Shown in pieces: positions 47,344-58,556 of a stretch of DNA of 64,000 nucleotides. Position numbers and translations under genes: made by a program. The stretch lies in assembly GCA_964495685.1 (NCBI GenBank), contig CAZBVQ010000001.1:297521-361520 (forward strand), given 5' to 3'. Positions within the stretch are counted from its first letter, which is position 1. Every line of letters starts with the position of its first letter. The notes under the pieces were generated by a model. The model had not been told where the DNA came from and searched no databases. It saw only the letters and a list, made by a program, of their open reading frames with translations. This DNA is from an uncultured Candidatus Saccharibacteria bacterium (GTDB lineage Bacteria > Patescibacteriota > Minisyncoccia > Phycocordibacterales > PALSA-1337).

Positions 47344-48039
47344 ATGGATATCAAGACCAACAAAAAGGGAATCGAGAATATGTTCGCCGCAGGCGCTCAC
47401 TTCGGCTTGGGACGTTCACGTCGCCACCCTTCAGTGACCCCTTTCATTTTCGGTACCAAAAACTCAACTGACATCTTCGATCTCGAAAAGACCGCGGGAT
47501 CATTCGATAAGGCCGCTACCGTCATCGCCGCTCTCGGCAAAGAAGGCAAGACTGTTCTCTTCGTTGGTGGCAAGAAAGAGGCCTCTGTCGCTGTCAAAAA
47601 TGCCGCACTGGCACTCAATATGCCCTACGTCGATGGTCGCTGGATCGGTGGGACGTTGAGTAACTTCGGTCAGATCAGGAAGCGCATTGACCGCTATGAG
47701 AAACTCATTTCTGACCGTGAGAAGGGTGAGCTTGCCAAATATACCAAGCGCGAGCGTATGCTCATCGACAAGGAGATCGCTTCACTTGAGAAGATGTTCT
47801 ACGGTATCGTATCTCTCAAGAAGATGCCGGATGCACTTTTCGTCATCGACCCTCGTCGCGAGAAGATCGCTGTCACCGAGGCTATGACCATGAACATTCC
47901 CGTTATTGCACTTGCTGGATCAGATTGCGACATTCGTGAGGTCACGCACGCTATCATCGGCAACGACACATCCAAGTCAAGCATCAGCTTCTTCCTCGAT
48001 GAGGTCGCCAAGGTGTACCAGGCCGCAAAAAAGATATAA
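47344..48039 (+). CDS. rpsB: 30S ribosomal protein S2
   Basis: AGAHFGLGRSRRHPSVTPFIFGTKN...IFDLEKT; 231 aa. Confidence 0.9.
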   Translation: MDIKTNKKGIENMFAAGAHFGLGRSRRHPSVTPFIFGTKNSTDIFDLEKTAGSFDKAATVIAALGKEGKTVLFVGGKKEASVAVKNAALALNMPYVDGRWIGGTLSNFGQIRKRIDRYEKLISDREKGELAKYTKRERMLIDKEIASLEKMFYGIVSLKKMPDALFVIDPRREKIAVTEAMTMNIPVIALAGSDCDIREVTHAIIGNDTSKSSISFFLDEVAKVYQAAKKI

Positions 48040-48100
48040 GATTCAAGGTTCATGATTCAAGAATAGTTGCAGCCGCACTTATCCTTGAATCTTGAATCCT
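48040..48100 (+). promoter_or_regulatory. inverted-repeat (attenuator-like) element between rpsB and tsf
   Basis: GATTCAAGG (48040-48048) pairs perfectly with CCTTGAATC (48084-48092); a second GATTCAAG/CTTGAATC pair is nested inside. Confidence 0.45.
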
Positions 48101-48302
48101 GAATCAGGGTTCAACTTCTACTATGCTCAGCCCATTTCTGTTATGGAAATCGAATAAAGATTCTGCCAAGAAGAAACCACCGTATTCCGCTGTTTCTTCG
48201 CTGAAAGAAAAACAGGCGAAATTATCGGAGAAACTTTCGGTCGCAGATACGCAGAGGAACATTCCATCAACTAACACATCGACACCTAATAACTCAACTA
48301 CT

Positions 48303-48896
48303 ATGTCAACCATCTCAACAGAACAAGTCAAAGCCCTCCGTGATCAGACCGGTATTTCGGTCATGCAGTGTCGCAAGGCTCTCGAAGAGGCGGGTGGTGA
48401 TATGGACAAGGCTCTCGTCATTCTCCGCAAGAAGAGTGGTGAGCTTGCCGCCAAGAAAGGTGACCGTACGTTCGGTTCAGGTACTGTACAGGCATACGTT
48501 CATGCCAATGGTAGTGTAGCTGCTATGGTTGAGCTCAACTGCGAGACTGATTTCGTGTCCAACAATGACGAATTCAAGACCCTTGCTCGCGATATTGCTA
48601 TGCACGTCGCTGCTACCAATCCCAAATTCCTCAAGAAGGAAGACATTACCGAAGCTGACATGAAGGTCGCTCGTGAAGTCTTCGAAAATGAAGTCAAAGA
48701 CAAGCCGGCGGCCATGAAAGACAAGATTCTCCAGGGCAAGCTTGATACGTATTTCGCCGAGATGGTGCTCCTCAGTCAGCCCTTCATTAAGAATCCCGAT
48801 ATCACCATTCAGGGGTTGGTAGATGCGGCTGTTCAGAAATTCGGTGAGAAGACAGCCATTGCCCGCTTCAAGCGATTCAAGGTCCTCGAGAACTAA
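48303..48896 (+). CDS. tsf: elongation factor Ts
   Basis: Start MSTISTEQVKALRDQTGISVMQCRKALEEAGGDMDKAL (UBA-like N-terminus typical of EF-Ts); in-frame upstream extension to 48123 is possible but unsupported. Confidence 0.85.
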   Translation: MSTISTEQVKALRDQTGISVMQCRKALEEAGGDMDKALVILRKKSGELAAKKGDRTFGSGTVQAYVHANGSVAAMVELNCETDFVSNNDEFKTLARDIAMHVAATNPKFLKKEDITEADMKVAREVFENEVKDKPAAMKDKILQGKLDTYFAEMVLLSQPFIKNPDITIQGLVDAAVQKFGEKTAIARFKRFKVLEN

Positions 48897-48898
48897 AT

Positions 48899-48933
48899 TC
48901 ACGATTCATGAGTCACGATTCATGAATCTAACA
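48899..48933. repeat. direct repeat CACGATTCATGA x2 containing the 12-bp palindrome GATTCATGAATC
   Basis: Immediately 3' of tsf; shares the GATTCA(A/T)G core with the rpsB-tsf inverted repeats. Confidence 0.6.
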
Positions 48934-48935
48934 TT

Positions 48936-49310
48936 ATGTACACGACCATCGGCATATTTTACGGCTCACTTATTGTCATCCTTGCGATGATTCTCTTGAA
49001 ACGTCGTGAAGTCAAGACAGGTCATCCGACTATGGTGTCGCGACTTGGGCGGGGAAGCGATCATTTCTTCCATGCCATTTTTTCGGCTGTAGGAAATGCG
49101 TTCTCATATCTCAACAAACACACATTTGTAGCTCTTGGTCATTGGATTGCATTCCACATTCTGGTCCATATCCGTCGCGTATACGTGGAGATCAAGGACT
49201 CGTTCCTCAAGACGCCTCAGGGCAAGAAAATGCTCGATGCGGTGCGTGGCCGAGGAGAAATCAAGGATCATGGGGCATCGTTCTATTTAAGGAGGATTTC
49301 GGATAAGTAA
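48936..49310 (+). CDS. hypothetical small membrane protein
   Basis: 124 aa, one N-terminal TM helix, His-rich; unknown. Confidence 0.4.
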   Translation: MYTTIGIFYGSLIVILAMILLKRREVKTGHPTMVSRLGRGSDHFFHAIFSAVGNAFSYLNKHTFVALGHWIAFHILVHIRRVYVEIKDSFLKTPQGKKMLDAVRGRGEIKDHGASFYLRRISDK

Positions 49311-49518
49311 AATCCATAAGCTGTTTTCGTAGGTGTTTTTCTTGCGAAAAGGTCAAAAAATTGATAGAGTTTGAGCTGTGACTTTTTACGTGTGTCATTT
49401 TGCCATCTTAACTCCCCCCTTCGCTCAAAATTGCATTTGAGCTTCGGATTGGCAGGCAGTAGTACGTATCTATTGTTTGCACTTCGAAGCTCCGATGTAA
49501 TCATCGGAGCGAAGTAGT

Positions 49519-49591
49519 GCCGCCTTAGCTCAGTTGGTAGAGCAACGCTTTTGTAAAGCGAAGGTCCCCAGTTCAAGTCTGGGAGGCGGCT
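49519..49591 (+). tRNA. tRNA-Thr (anticodon TGT)
   Basis: 73 nt; acceptor GCCGCCT/AGGCGGC, D-arm GCTCAGTTGGTAGAGC, anticodon loop TTTGTAA, T-loop GTTCAAGTC. Confidence 0.9.
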
Positions 49592-49611
49592 CTGAAATTC
49601 TCTTATCACAG

Positions 49612-50283
49612 CTACTTCTTCACAGCTGTCGTAGTCGCTGTACTCGTCGCTGTCAATTCTGGCAGTAACGCACCAATATCATCGAGTGACTTGAATCCGT
49701 TGTATGTTTTACCCTTGATAATAAGTGCAGGGAAAGGAGCTTTGACTTTGTTGATATTGGCGAGAGTTTTCAGCGCGGAAACATCTAGATCATAGTCGAA
49801 CGAATAGATACGCAGATTTTCTGGATGATGTTGACGGATGTAGGTAAGAACTTCTGCTTGGCGAGCGCAATCGGGACAATCATTGTTATAAAAATAAAGT
49901 ATAGTAGTTGGACGTTTCGGACACTTTGCAGCCGCTCCACCAATGAGGAGGTAATCTTTGATTTCGAGGAGGGAATAGTAACGCTTCAGGGTGATGACTT
50001 CTGAGTCATCGGCTTTACCCACGGATTCCATGTAGGAGAGTCGATCTGCCAGGTTTCCCAATTCTTGCCCCAATGTGGAGCTGAAAAGGTCGTCGCAGGC
50101 AGCTTCTTTGAGGAGGTTGAACTGGGTCTCTGACGAGAGAATGTTGATGGATACCGAGTCTTGCAGGCCACGCATCTCGCTCAAGCGACTATCGTTGATG
50201 CGTGAACTTATGGCAAATGCCGTCACGAATATGATGGCTGTAATGACGAATGCGAGGCCGTATTTCTTCCAGTCTTGGGGCAT
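49612..50283 (-). CDS. membrane-anchored thioredoxin-fold protein (CxxC thiol-disulfide oxidoreductase-like)
   Basis: N-terminal TM helix; CPDC active-site motif in a thioredoxin-like context (ILYFYNNDCPDCARQ). Confidence 0.6.
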   Translation of the reverse strand: MPQDWKKYGLAFVITAIIFVTAFAISSRINDSRLSEMRGLQDSVSINILSSETQFNLLKEAACDDLFSSTLGQELGNLADRLSYMESVGKADDSEVITLKRYYSLLEIKDYLLIGGAAAKCPKRPTTILYFYNNDCPDCARQAEVLTYIRQHHPENLRIYSFDYDLDVSALKTLANINKVKAPFPALIIKGKTYNGFKSLDDIGALLPELTATSTATTTAVKK

Positions 50284-50324
50284 GGATATACACTAAGGTA
50301 TTTTGGTGGGGTTGTAAACCAACT

Positions 50325-51575
50325 TTACCTCCACGCTGCCTGTTTACTCAAAGCCACATTCGCCACTGAACGGATGATCCAGAAGGGTGCAATCAATGAA
50401 TAGAGGAAGGTGTAGCAGGCTAGGTCAACCAATTTTGGCTTATTGCCACTGGAAAGTCGTGAACCAATCCAGATAATAGTGAAGACCGTGACGATGGCGA
50501 TGATGCCACCGAACATGATAGGACTGGTACGCATGTAGAACCAGTTGAATGTAGGCCACGACCACTCGAAGGCACGCAGACCGAGAGCGTCAAAGCGGCT
50601 TATATACATGTGTATGGAATTGATGAAGTCGTACAAGAATGTGGTGACTACAAATATGATGGCTGCTGTAGAGATGAGCATGAATGGCAGGATGAAACCA
50701 CCAATATGACCGAAGTTCGGGCTGAAGACCATGCGACGATAATCGCGGACATTGTGCAAGAAGCCTGACGTCCAGCGAACGCGCTGTTTGTAGAGCTTGG
50801 GAATGGTGCGGGGTGATGATGTATAGACGACAGCGTCATGGGCATTGGCAATCTTCATACCGTGACTTTGCATACGCAATGCCATCTCCATATCCTCAGT
50901 ATTGTGAGCTTTCTTGTAGTAACCGATTTCTTCGAAGACGTTTTTTCTGAAAATAGAGAATGGGCCAGGGGTAACATAGAGTGCATTTAATTCTGCCAGA
51001 ACGCTGCGCAAGAATACGCCGAGAATATACTCGACTTTCTGGAGGCGCTGAATGATCGTTTTTGCATTATAGATATGAAGTGAAGGTACTACGGCCATGA
51101 CATCTGTTTGTTCAAAACGTCTCATGATACGGATCAGAGCATCTTTTTCTGCATACGAATCAGCGTCGAGACATCCCACGAATGGGGTAGTGGCATTCTT
51201 GATGGCCATGTTGAGTGCCGTATGTTTGCCACCATTTTCTTTGCTGATTATTTCTATGTTTGAATACGCCCGATATTTTTCGAGAGATGCGAGAGTGTTA
51301 TCGGTTGAACCATCATTCACGGCAACGATCTTGAGCTTGTCTTGGGGATAATCGAGCGCAAGTAATGACTCGATGGTTTTACCAGCGGTTTTCTCCTCGT
51401 TATAGCAAGGTACAACGATGGTAACTGCAGGAAGGTCGTGATGGATCATTGCAGGGCTCAAAACGCGCCCCTGGAGGGTTTTACGGCGTTCTATATAGGT
51501 AATCAGCATGAATACCTCGAAGTACAATGAGAGAAAAAGCACCGCCAGAGTGATGATGTCGCGAGAGGATTCCAT
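50325..51575 (-). CDS. processive family-2 glycosyltransferase (cellulose/chitin/PNAG synthase-like)
   Basis: VTIVVPCYNEE, VAVNDGSTDNT, LDADS (DxD), QRVRWTSGF (QxxRW) motifs, flanked by N- and C-terminal TM helices. Confidence 0.85.
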   Translation of the reverse strand: MESSRDIITLAVLFLSLYFEVFMLITYIERRKTLQGRVLSPAMIHHDLPAVTIVVPCYNEEKTAGKTIESLLALDYPQDKLKIVAVNDGSTDNTLASLEKYRAYSNIEIISKENGGKHTALNMAIKNATTPFVGCLDADSYAEKDALIRIMRRFEQTDVMAVVPSLHIYNAKTIIQRLQKVEYILGVFLRSVLAELNALYVTPGPFSIFRKNVFEEIGYYKKAHNTEDMEMALRMQSHGMKIANAHDAVVYTSSPRTIPKLYKQRVRWTSGFLHNVRDYRRMVFSPNFGHIGGFILPFMLISTAAIIFVVTTFLYDFINSIHMYISRFDALGLRAFEWSWPTFNWFYMRTSPIMFGGIIAIVTVFTIIWIGSRLSSGNKPKLVDLACYTFLYSLIAPFWIIRSVANVALSKQAAWR

Positions 51576-51646
51576 TGCGAAAAGTATGCCATATGTTGAG
51601 GGTTTTATCCATAGGAAAGGTGGGAATTTCTTGGTAGGATGTCTCT

Positions 51647-51865
51647 ATGAAGCTCGGTATCTACAAACATTCCAAGAAAGGCACTCTCTATCGAGTGATC
51701 GGTGTCGCCGCACATTCTGAGACACTCGAACCGATGGTTATCTACGAGGCGCAGTATGACAACCCCGTTTCGAAACTATGGGCACGACCAGCATCGATGT
51801 TCGAGGATATTGTTGAAGTTGATGGTAAGAAAGTACCACGATTTGTTTTTGTGAGTGAAAGTTAA
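51647..51865 (+). CDS. DUF1653 domain protein
   Basis: 72 aa; YKHSKKGTLYRVIGVA...VIYEAQYDN...LWARPASMFED...VPRF matches the DUF1653 pattern. Confidence 0.6.
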   Translation: MKLGIYKHSKKGTLYRVIGVAAHSETLEPMVIYEAQYDNPVSKLWARPASMFEDIVEVDGKKVPRFVFVSES

Positions 51866-52358
51866 TATGAAGTCACATATTTCTATTATTGGTATGCCAT
51901 GGAGTGGAAAGAGTACCATAGCGTATGCGCTCGCCAAAAAACTCGGATGGAATTTTATTGACCTTGATAAAGAGGTTGAGCGTGTTGAGGAGAAGAATTT
52001 AATTGATGTTATGAACGAAAAAGGGCCTGAATATTTCAGGAAGATGGAATATGGTTTTTTGCTTAATCTGAGCGAACCAACGGTGATTTCACCAGCCGGG
52101 AGTATTATTTATTATGAACCTGCGTTACGGTGGTTACAGGATAATTCGCGTGTAATTTTTCTTAATACACCAATTGAAATCATCAAATCTCGCATGGAAG
52201 GTAATCCCAAGGCAGTTTCCGATTTATCAGATGGAATTGATGCGTTATTTAGCAAACGTTTTCCTTTGTACCATGGGAGTGCAGATTACACTGTTGATAC
52301 ACAGGGAAAAGAAGTGCAACAAATTGTCGACAGAATAATGACGTTATTGCGAATGTGA
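51855..52358 (+). CDS. shikimate kinase-like P-loop kinase
   Basis: P-loop IIGMPWSGKSTIAYALAKKLGWNFIDLDKEVE followed by EYFRKME, matching the AroK-family layout; function in this organism uncertain. Confidence 0.55.
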   Translation: MKVNMKSHISIIGMPWSGKSTIAYALAKKLGWNFIDLDKEVERVEEKNLIDVMNEKGPEYFRKMEYGFLLNLSEPTVISPAGSIIYYEPALRWLQDNSRVIFLNTPIEIIKSRMEGNPKAVSDLSDGIDALFSKRFPLYHGSADYTVDTQGKEVQQIVDRIMTLLRM

Positions 52359-52361
52359 TTT

Positions 52362-53495
52362 CTACCTAATCTTCGCCCCAAAAGCCTTGATCGTCTCTCC
52401 CTCTATTTTCTTGTGCAAAGCATCCACTTCTTCATTGGTGAGCGTCTTATCAAGTGATCTGTAGGTAATACGGTAGGCATAGCTTATGTTGCCCTCGCCG
52501 AATTTCTTGGCGTTCTCATATTTGTCGATAAGCTCGACTTCCTCGACCATATCAGGAGCCGTCTCGCGTACGAGGTCGAAATAGTCATTGGGCACGAATG
52601 TATTTTTGACGATGAATGAAATGTCACGCACCACAGACGGATATTTGCTGACTTCGATGAACTTGTTGCCCAGCACCAGCTGTTTGATGACGCGCTTGTC
52701 ATCTGACCAGAGCAGGCGGATATCGGGAAGCTGCATGCTGATGATGGCGAGACGTTCAAGTCCAAATCCGAAAGCCCAACCATTGTAGCCTTCGATGCCG
52801 AAATCTTTGAGCACTGTCGGACGTGGCATACCACCGCCAAGGATTTCTATCCACTGACCGTTGATTTGGACTTCTACTTCGAGTGATGGATCTGTGTACG
52901 GGAAGGTATCGACATTGAAACGAAAAACCGTGTCTTGACCGAACACACTACGCACAATTTCTGAGAGGACATTCTTGAGGTCATCGAGAACCAGGACTTT
53001 TTTGTCATTGGGGACGAGGTATAGGCCACCCATCTGGTGGAAGATATTCATGTGATGACGATCAATCTCATCCTTACGGTAGACCTTGCCGTAACACATG
53101 ACACCAATGTTCTCTTTGTTGGCGATTTTCTGCTTGATTTCGGGCAGATTCAAATAGTAATACCACATGACGGTGTCGTGGGTACGTAAGACATTTGTGC
53201 CATTGATGTAATAGGTATCTGACTTGCTACGTGCAGGGTGATCTGCGGCGAAGTTGAAGAGGTCGAAGAGGATACTCGTCGGGATGACTTCGGGAATATC
53301 GATATGATCGAAATCCTTGAGGACAGGCAGAGTGGTGACGCGCTTCATGATCTCATTCAATGGACTTCCTGCGGTGCGAGAAAGATCCGCCATAGCGAGA
53401 TAGCGTTTGATTCTCTTTGCCTCGATATCATCTCGTTTATTGAATTCGGCCAGAAGGGCCTTCTCCTCGTCTCGGGGAACAACATAGTTTTTCAT
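52362..53495 (-). CDS. pheS: phenylalanine--tRNA ligase alpha subunit
   Basis: Class II motifs HPARSKSDTYY, LRTHDT, FRFNVDTFPYTDPSLEVEV, GWAFGFGLERLAI; start set at internal ATG 53495 (the ORF extends to 53606); no pheT adjacent. Confidence 0.85.
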   Translation of the reverse strand: MKNYVVPRDEEKALLAEFNKRDDIEAKRIKRYLAMADLSRTAGSPLNEIMKRVTTLPVLKDFDHIDIPEVIPTSILFDLFNFAADHPARSKSDTYYINGTNVLRTHDTVMWYYYLNLPEIKQKIANKENIGVMCYGKVYRKDEIDRHHMNIFHQMGGLYLVPNDKKVLVLDDLKNVLSEIVRSVFGQDTVFRFNVDTFPYTDPSLEVEVQINGQWIEILGGGMPRPTVLKDFGIEGYNGWAFGFGLERLAIISMQLPDIRLLWSDDKRVIKQLVLGNKFIEVSKYPSVVRDISFIVKNTFVPNDYFDLVRETAPDMVEEVELIDKYENAKKFGEGNISYAYRITYRSLDKTLTNEEVDALHKKIEGETIKAFGAKIR

Positions 53496-53713
53496 AGGTA
53501 TCAGTGTAGTTAAAAAGAGGGGAAATGTAAAGAAATTAAGCTGAACACATTTTTTGCGTTTTGTGAGCTTGTGCACATCTGTCTGACTGATACAATTCAG
53601 GCACATTCACACACTAAGGTCGCCGCATACATTTCAAACATATATCTACTCAGTTTAGTCATTTAGGAAATGCGGACATCGGGCTCGATTATCACCATAA
53701 TTAACTATTATGC

Positions 53714-54205
53714 ATGTCTACAACCATGACTATTTCACCGTTACAACCAATGAGGCAGGAGTATGTGACTAGAGGAGAGTTTATTAGACTTGAGACCAAA
53801 GTCGATGAGGGATTCGAGGTGTCTTTCAAGCATATGGATACGATTGAGAGTAAGATTGATGCCTTCAAACAAGAAACAAGTAAAAGGTTTGATGAGCAGA
53901 AAACGTATGTCGGCGATGGGTTCAAGAAAGTGTTCGACCAGCTTGACTCTGTCGAAAGTAATTTGGGTAACAAGATAGATAAGTTGGAACTCAGGTTCGA
54001 TACACTAGAAAATAGGTTTGATACGTTAGAAAATAGATTCGATACACTGGAAGACAGATTTGATACGTTAGAAAACAAATTCGGTACACTAGGAAAAAAA
54101 TTCGATACACTTGAGAACAAAGTCGACAGTTTGGGCGCGAAAGTCGATACTATCTCAACGCAAATCACGTCGCTTACTAAAATTGTTACCAATTCTAACA
54201 GATAA
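53714..54205 (+). CDS. coiled-coil protein with tandem heptad repeats (RFDTLEN)n
   Basis: 163 aa; C-terminal half is built from repeats of a 7-aa unit encoded by 21-bp tandem DNA repeats. Confidence 0.5.
   Translation: MSTTMTISPLQPMRQEYVTRGEFIRLETKVDEGFEVSFKHMDTIESKIDAFKQETSKRFDEQKTYVGDGFKKVFDQLDSVESNLGNKIDKLELRFDTLENRFDTLENRFDTLEDRFDTLENKFGTLGKKFDTLENKVDSLGAKVDTISTQITSLTKIVTNSNR
53993..54139 (+). repeat. 21-bp tandem repeat (about 7 units) inside the coiled-coil gene
   Basis: AGGTTCGATACACTAGAAAAT / AGGTTTGATACGTTAGAAAAT / AGATTCGATACACTGGAAGAC ... units in phase with codons. Confidence 0.85.
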
Positions 54206-54209
54206 AGAT

Positions 54210-54434
54210 ATGTCTAAAAGGATAAAAAAAGTTGAAGAGCATCATTCTACGCCTTCATATTTTGATGATATGTCCGTGAAAATAGTGCGGAACGGTACAT
54301 CAAAAGAGGATAAGAATTTCATGATGGATGATCCACGCTTTACTCCAGAAGCCATGGAGAAAAGGGCAAGGCTAAATTCCTTGAAGATTAGGCGTACATC
54401 AAAGAAAAATATCCTCACAAAATTTAGTAGATAA
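54210..54434 (+). CDS. hypothetical small basic protein
   Basis: 74 aa ORF starting 5 nt after the coiled-coil gene stop; unknown. Confidence 0.3.
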   Translation: MSKRIKKVEEHHSTPSYFDDMSVKIVRNGTSKEDKNFMMDDPRFTPEAMEKRARLNSLKIRRTSKKNILTKFSR

Positions 54435-54485
54435 AAAAGAGCCCTCCCGTCGCCGAGGCGGGGGAGGGTGAGAGGGACGGACGGG

Positions 54486-55004
54486 TCAGTTTTTGGTGGC
54501 GGGTTCGTCAGGTCCGATGGAACAAGATTTCCAGCCGGCCAAGATGGCGATTGCCTTCGGAAGGATGAACCGGACGTAAAACTCACGAAGGTCGTCCGTT
54601 TCGATACCCGTCTCATCGCTCATCCGACGGAGCTTGGAGAGGCTGTCTCCGGAGACCATGAGTCCGACGTTTTCAACCAACTTCAACGCGACTTTCTCAA
54701 GCCCGTTTTGGTTGAGCCGATATTCGCGCTCAAGTTGGGGGACCATTCCTTCATTGAACTCCGCCTTGAGGGCGGCCGGAAGCATGATGCGAAAACCAAA
54801 CTCGAAGTAATCTTCAGGTGCGATCCCCAAGGCGCGCCCCTTCTTTCGTAAGTGAGAGGCGGCTCCTTGGCCGATGCTGATCTCTTCGCGGGTTGCCTGA
54901 TACTTCGCGATTGCCAAGGCAATTTCCTCAGCCCGGTCGACGGTCATCTGCGATCCTATTGCTTTCATTTGTTTTGCTTTCTTTTGTGCTTTTTCCGGAA
55001 TCAT
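54486..55004 (-). CDS. hypothetical protein (GC-rich)
   Basis: 172 aa; no recognised domain; GC clearly above its AT-rich neighbours. Confidence 0.45.
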   Translation of the reverse strand: MIPEKAQKKAKQMKAIGSQMTVDRAEEIALAIAKYQATREEISIGQGAASHLRKKGRALGIAPEDYFEFGFRIMLPAALKAEFNEGMVPQLEREYRLNQNGLEKVALKLVENVGLMVSGDSLSKLRRMSDETGIETDDLREFYVRFILPKAIAILAGWKSCSIGPDEPATKN

Positions 55005-55172
55005 CCGGATCGTTTTTTTGTTTGTGCCAGCGTTTGTGCGGGATAACTCCCTAAGTTGCTAGCCGACAAATTATACCATATTTTATTTAAAAAGCAAATA
55101 TTCTATTCTTTTTTTATCCCCACATTCCTCGATTTTAGGGCCAAAAACCCGCTTTCTTTGTCCCCTCAAATT

Positions 55173-55181
55173 TGCTATAAT
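55173..55181 (+). promoter_or_regulatory. extended -10 promoter TGcTATAAT for gyrB
   Basis: TGCTATAAT with weak -35 (TTTCTT); about 113-nt leader. Confidence 0.55.
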
Positions 55182-55219
55182 TAGAGACGTAACAAGAGTG
55201 GAATCCAGAGGCAAGATAG

Positions 55220-57460
<2,241 letters not shown>

Positions 57461-57575
57461 TGCTCTTTTTTTGCGACAAGAATAACAAGGGCGACAGCAA
57501 TCACAAGAAGTGCCCCTAAAATATAGAAGTTGACCATGACATTAGTGATGTTATTCATAGTGTCTTAATTATAAC

Positions 57576-57845
57576 TTATTTTGTAAAGTAAATACTTAAT
57601 ACCCAACATGCGGAAGAGAGGACCATTCCTGAAATAACAAGTAACCAATTAGTTGCACCTGTTACTACTGGTTCAATAAGTATTGAAGCGAAAAAAACTT
57701 GGCCTATCGCTACAAATATATCGCATAGTGTCGCAGCCCTACCTTTTGTAATAGTGAATGTATTCATGCGTCCAGATTGTAGCAATGAATTACTATTCAT
57801 CACACTCCCGCCGAAAGGGGATATTGTGTGGAAAAAATACGGCAT
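57576..57845 (-). CDS. hypothetical small membrane protein
   Basis: 89 aa ORF with two hydrophobic segments; AT-rich; weak support. Confidence 0.3.
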   Translation of the reverse strand: MPYFFHTISPFGGSVMNSNSLLQSGRMNTFTITKGRAATLCDIFVAIGQVFFASILIEPVVTGATNWLLVISGMVLSSACWVLSIYFTK

Positions 57846-57961
57846 ACCCTCTCACGACACAATTCTTCCATGACAAGCCGAAAATGTAGCCAGCGATCAG
57901 CGCTTTGAGGCTTGGAAGGGAGGAATTGTGTCGTGAGAGGAGAACTGTTGAAAAATCCGTC

Positions 57962-58420
57962 TTACACCGTCTTCACTTTGAGCTTGGACTGCCTCTTCTT
58001 GTCGAGCTTCGGCAGCTTGAGGATGAGCAAACCATGCTTCTCGACAGCTTCTGCTTCGTCGACATCGATCTCTTCGGGGAGCTGGATGGTGCGCGAGAAC
58101 GAACCCCAGAATAATTCACGAGCAAAATAGTCTTCATCGCGAGCGACACGCTCTTCTTCACGTGAACCACGAATAGTGATTTGGTCACGGGTGATAGATA
58201 CATCCAAATCCTCCGGGCGAACACCAGCAATCATAGATTTGACCACAATCATATCAGCGGTCTGATAGACATCGATAGTCAATTCAGCGTCTTTGTCCTC
58301 TTCTTCGACCCACGAGGCGGCGTCAGTAGGGGCCTTTTTGACAGGCTTGGTCTCTTGTTCCTCGTCCATACGGACGGTACCAGTGAGACGTTCGAAGAAT
58401 GATCGCTTTTCTTTTGCCAT
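57962..58420 (-). CDS. Hsp20/alpha-crystallin family small heat-shock protein
   Basis: ACD pattern (TIDVYQTADMIVVKSMIAGVRPEDLDVSITRDQITIRG...GSFSRTIQLP...GLLILKLPK). Confidence 0.85.
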   Translation of the reverse strand: MAKEKRSFFERLTGTVRMDEEQETKPVKKAPTDAASWVEEEDKDAELTIDVYQTADMIVVKSMIAGVRPEDLDVSITRDQITIRGSREEERVARDEDYFARELFWGSFSRTIQLPEEIDVDEAEAVEKHGLLILKLPKLDKKRQSKLKVKTV

Positions 58421-58556
58421 GGGTTGCTGTTTAAAAAATAGTAAGGATTTACAACCATTATACGCTACGGGACTGATTCGGGAAAGTTTGATAAAGCTTG
58501 CTAACCTGTGTACAACTTGATTCGATGGTTTCTAGGCGAGACCTAGACATACCCGA

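Noticed and set aside
48123-48302. 60-codon N-terminal extension of tsf
   Set aside because: Canonical EF-Ts begins at the UBA-like segment (MSTISTEQVKALRD...); the extension is low-complexity (Ser/Thr/Asn-rich) and overlaps the inverted-repeat element, so it is more likely 5' UTR
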